DNA of 24,482 nt, from the NCBI GenBank assembly GCA_977017575.1, contig CDRNVI010000128.1, positions 1 to 24,482 on the forward strand. The letters are read 5' to 3'. The DNA is from Paramoeba atlantica. Its lineage: Eukaryota; Protista; Discosea. A program made the translations under genes and the position numbers. This document shows, in pieces, positions 23,454 through 24,482 of the stretch. Position 1 is the stretch's first letter; every line of letters begins with the position of its first letter. Under the pieces are notes generated by a model. That model saw only the letters and a program-made list of their open reading frames with translations, made no database searches and was not told the DNA's origin.

Positions 23454-23512
23454 AACAAAGCATAAATTTAAAACGTGAAGAGTATAGCAATGTTAAGCCA
23501 GTCGGAGCAAAT

Positions 23513-24178
23513 ATGAAAACACAGGATATTTTACATCAACCAACCCAATTTTCTAACTTCTTTACCGTACACCATCCACTGCTATTACATAAGTTATCTC
23601 TGCTACGCGATAAACGTACACCTAACAAACAATTCCGCGAATTAGTCAAAGAAATTACCATCTTGTTGGTATATGAAGTAACACGCAATTTAACCACGCA
23701 GTCCACAACCATTGAAACACCAATAACAACGATGCAAGCACCTCAACTATCTGGCAAACAACCGGTGATCTTACCCATTTTGCGTGCTGGGCTTGGCATG
23801 GTTGATGGAATTTTATCGTTAATGCCTATGGCTAAAATAGGTCATATTGGCTTATACCGTGATGAAAAAACATTAAAGCCCGTATCCTATTATTTTAAAA
23901 TTCCTGATGACAGTGCTGATAGGCAATGTTATGTATGCGATCCGATGCTCGCCACTGGCGGATCGGCTGTCGCTACGATTAAGCAATTAACACAACGTAA
24001 TATTAGTGATATTACCTTTGTCTGTTTAGTTGCATCTCCTGAGGGAGTTGAACAATTTTGCAAAGCGCACCCAACTATTCCTGTTTATGCTGCAGCATTA
24101 GACGAACGGTTAAATGAAAATGGTTATATCGTTCCTGGTTTAGGGGATGCAGGTGATCGGTTATTTGGAACACATTAG
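23513..24178 (+). CDS. upp: Uracil phosphoribosyltransferase (start probably ATG 23513, not TTG 23420)
   Basis: [45 protein letters not shown] and [20 protein letters not shown] lies 5 nt before ATG 23513. Confidence 0.97.
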   Translation: MKTQDILHQPTQFSNFFTVHHPLLLHKLSLLRDKRTPNKQFRELVKEITILLVYEVTRNLTTQSTTIETPITTMQAPQLSGKQPVILPILRAGLGMVDGILSLMPMAKIGHIGLYRDEKTLKPVSYYFKIPDDSADRQCYVCDPMLATGGSAVATIKQLTQRNISDITFVCLVASPEGVEQFCKAHPTIPVYAAALDERLNENGYIVPGLGDAGDRLFGTH

Positions 24179-24482
24179 TGACACAGTGCACAAACTATAA
24201 TTAATCACTGTATCGATAATTCAGATTAATTGACAGCGGTAATTCATTGCACTTATTGACACGCTGAATATGCTTTTTTTAAATACTGATTAAAAAAATA
24301 AATAAACAATTTACGAGCACACTTAGAGAGTTGAGCCTTGATCAAGTATGCTTGTACCGATATAGTAATTTCTTGTGTAGTCTTCGCTGGCGTGTTGCTC
24401 TCTATTTTACCTTTAACTGAATGAGTCAACAGATAACATACTGCACGTGCACGAGAGCGAGCAGTTACTAAAAACTTGGTTT

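Noticed and set aside
23263-23512. 71-aa ORF 23263-23478 and TTG-started N-terminal extension of upp from 23420
   Set aside because: Non-ATG starts and no recognisable homology. ATG 23513 has a GGAG RBS and gives a normal Upp length.
24253-24480. Open minus-strand frame running off the window edge (76 codons)
   Set aside because: No start in the window and no recognisable motif, so it cannot be called.

Overview
The window joins two genomes. Bases 1 to ~18350 are an extremely AT-rich, gene-dense protist mitochondrial genome segment that reads TGA as Trp (code 4), with all genes on the + strand. Its order is rpl2(3' end)-rps19-rps3-rpl16-rpl14-rpl5-rps14-rps8-rpl6-rps13, then a ~3.5 kb unassigned K/N/Y/F-rich coding-like region, then atp8-cob-(atp4?)-nad3-atp6-nad4L-nad5-nad6-nad11-nad1-nad4 (truncated). 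The supplied ORF track fragments these genes because it treats TGA as stop. At ~18345-18352, in the middle of nad4, the sequence switches abruptly to a gammaproteobacterial chromosome (roughly 35-40% GC by eye, TGA = stop). That part carries the mlaC 3' end, mlaB, murA, a Nif3/YbgI gene, an orphan TrfA-like replication initiator, pmbA and upp. The most parsimonious reading is an assembly or read chimera of a protist host (amoebozoan-like) and a co-sequenced, possibly Legionellales-like bacterium. A real mtDNA-to-bacterium integration cannot be excluded from sequence alone. Secondary points are a natural cytochrome b G143A, a giant unassigned mitochondrial ORF with a dispersed purine repeat, homopolymer frameshifts, a lone TrfA homolog and a structured pmbA-upp intergenic region.
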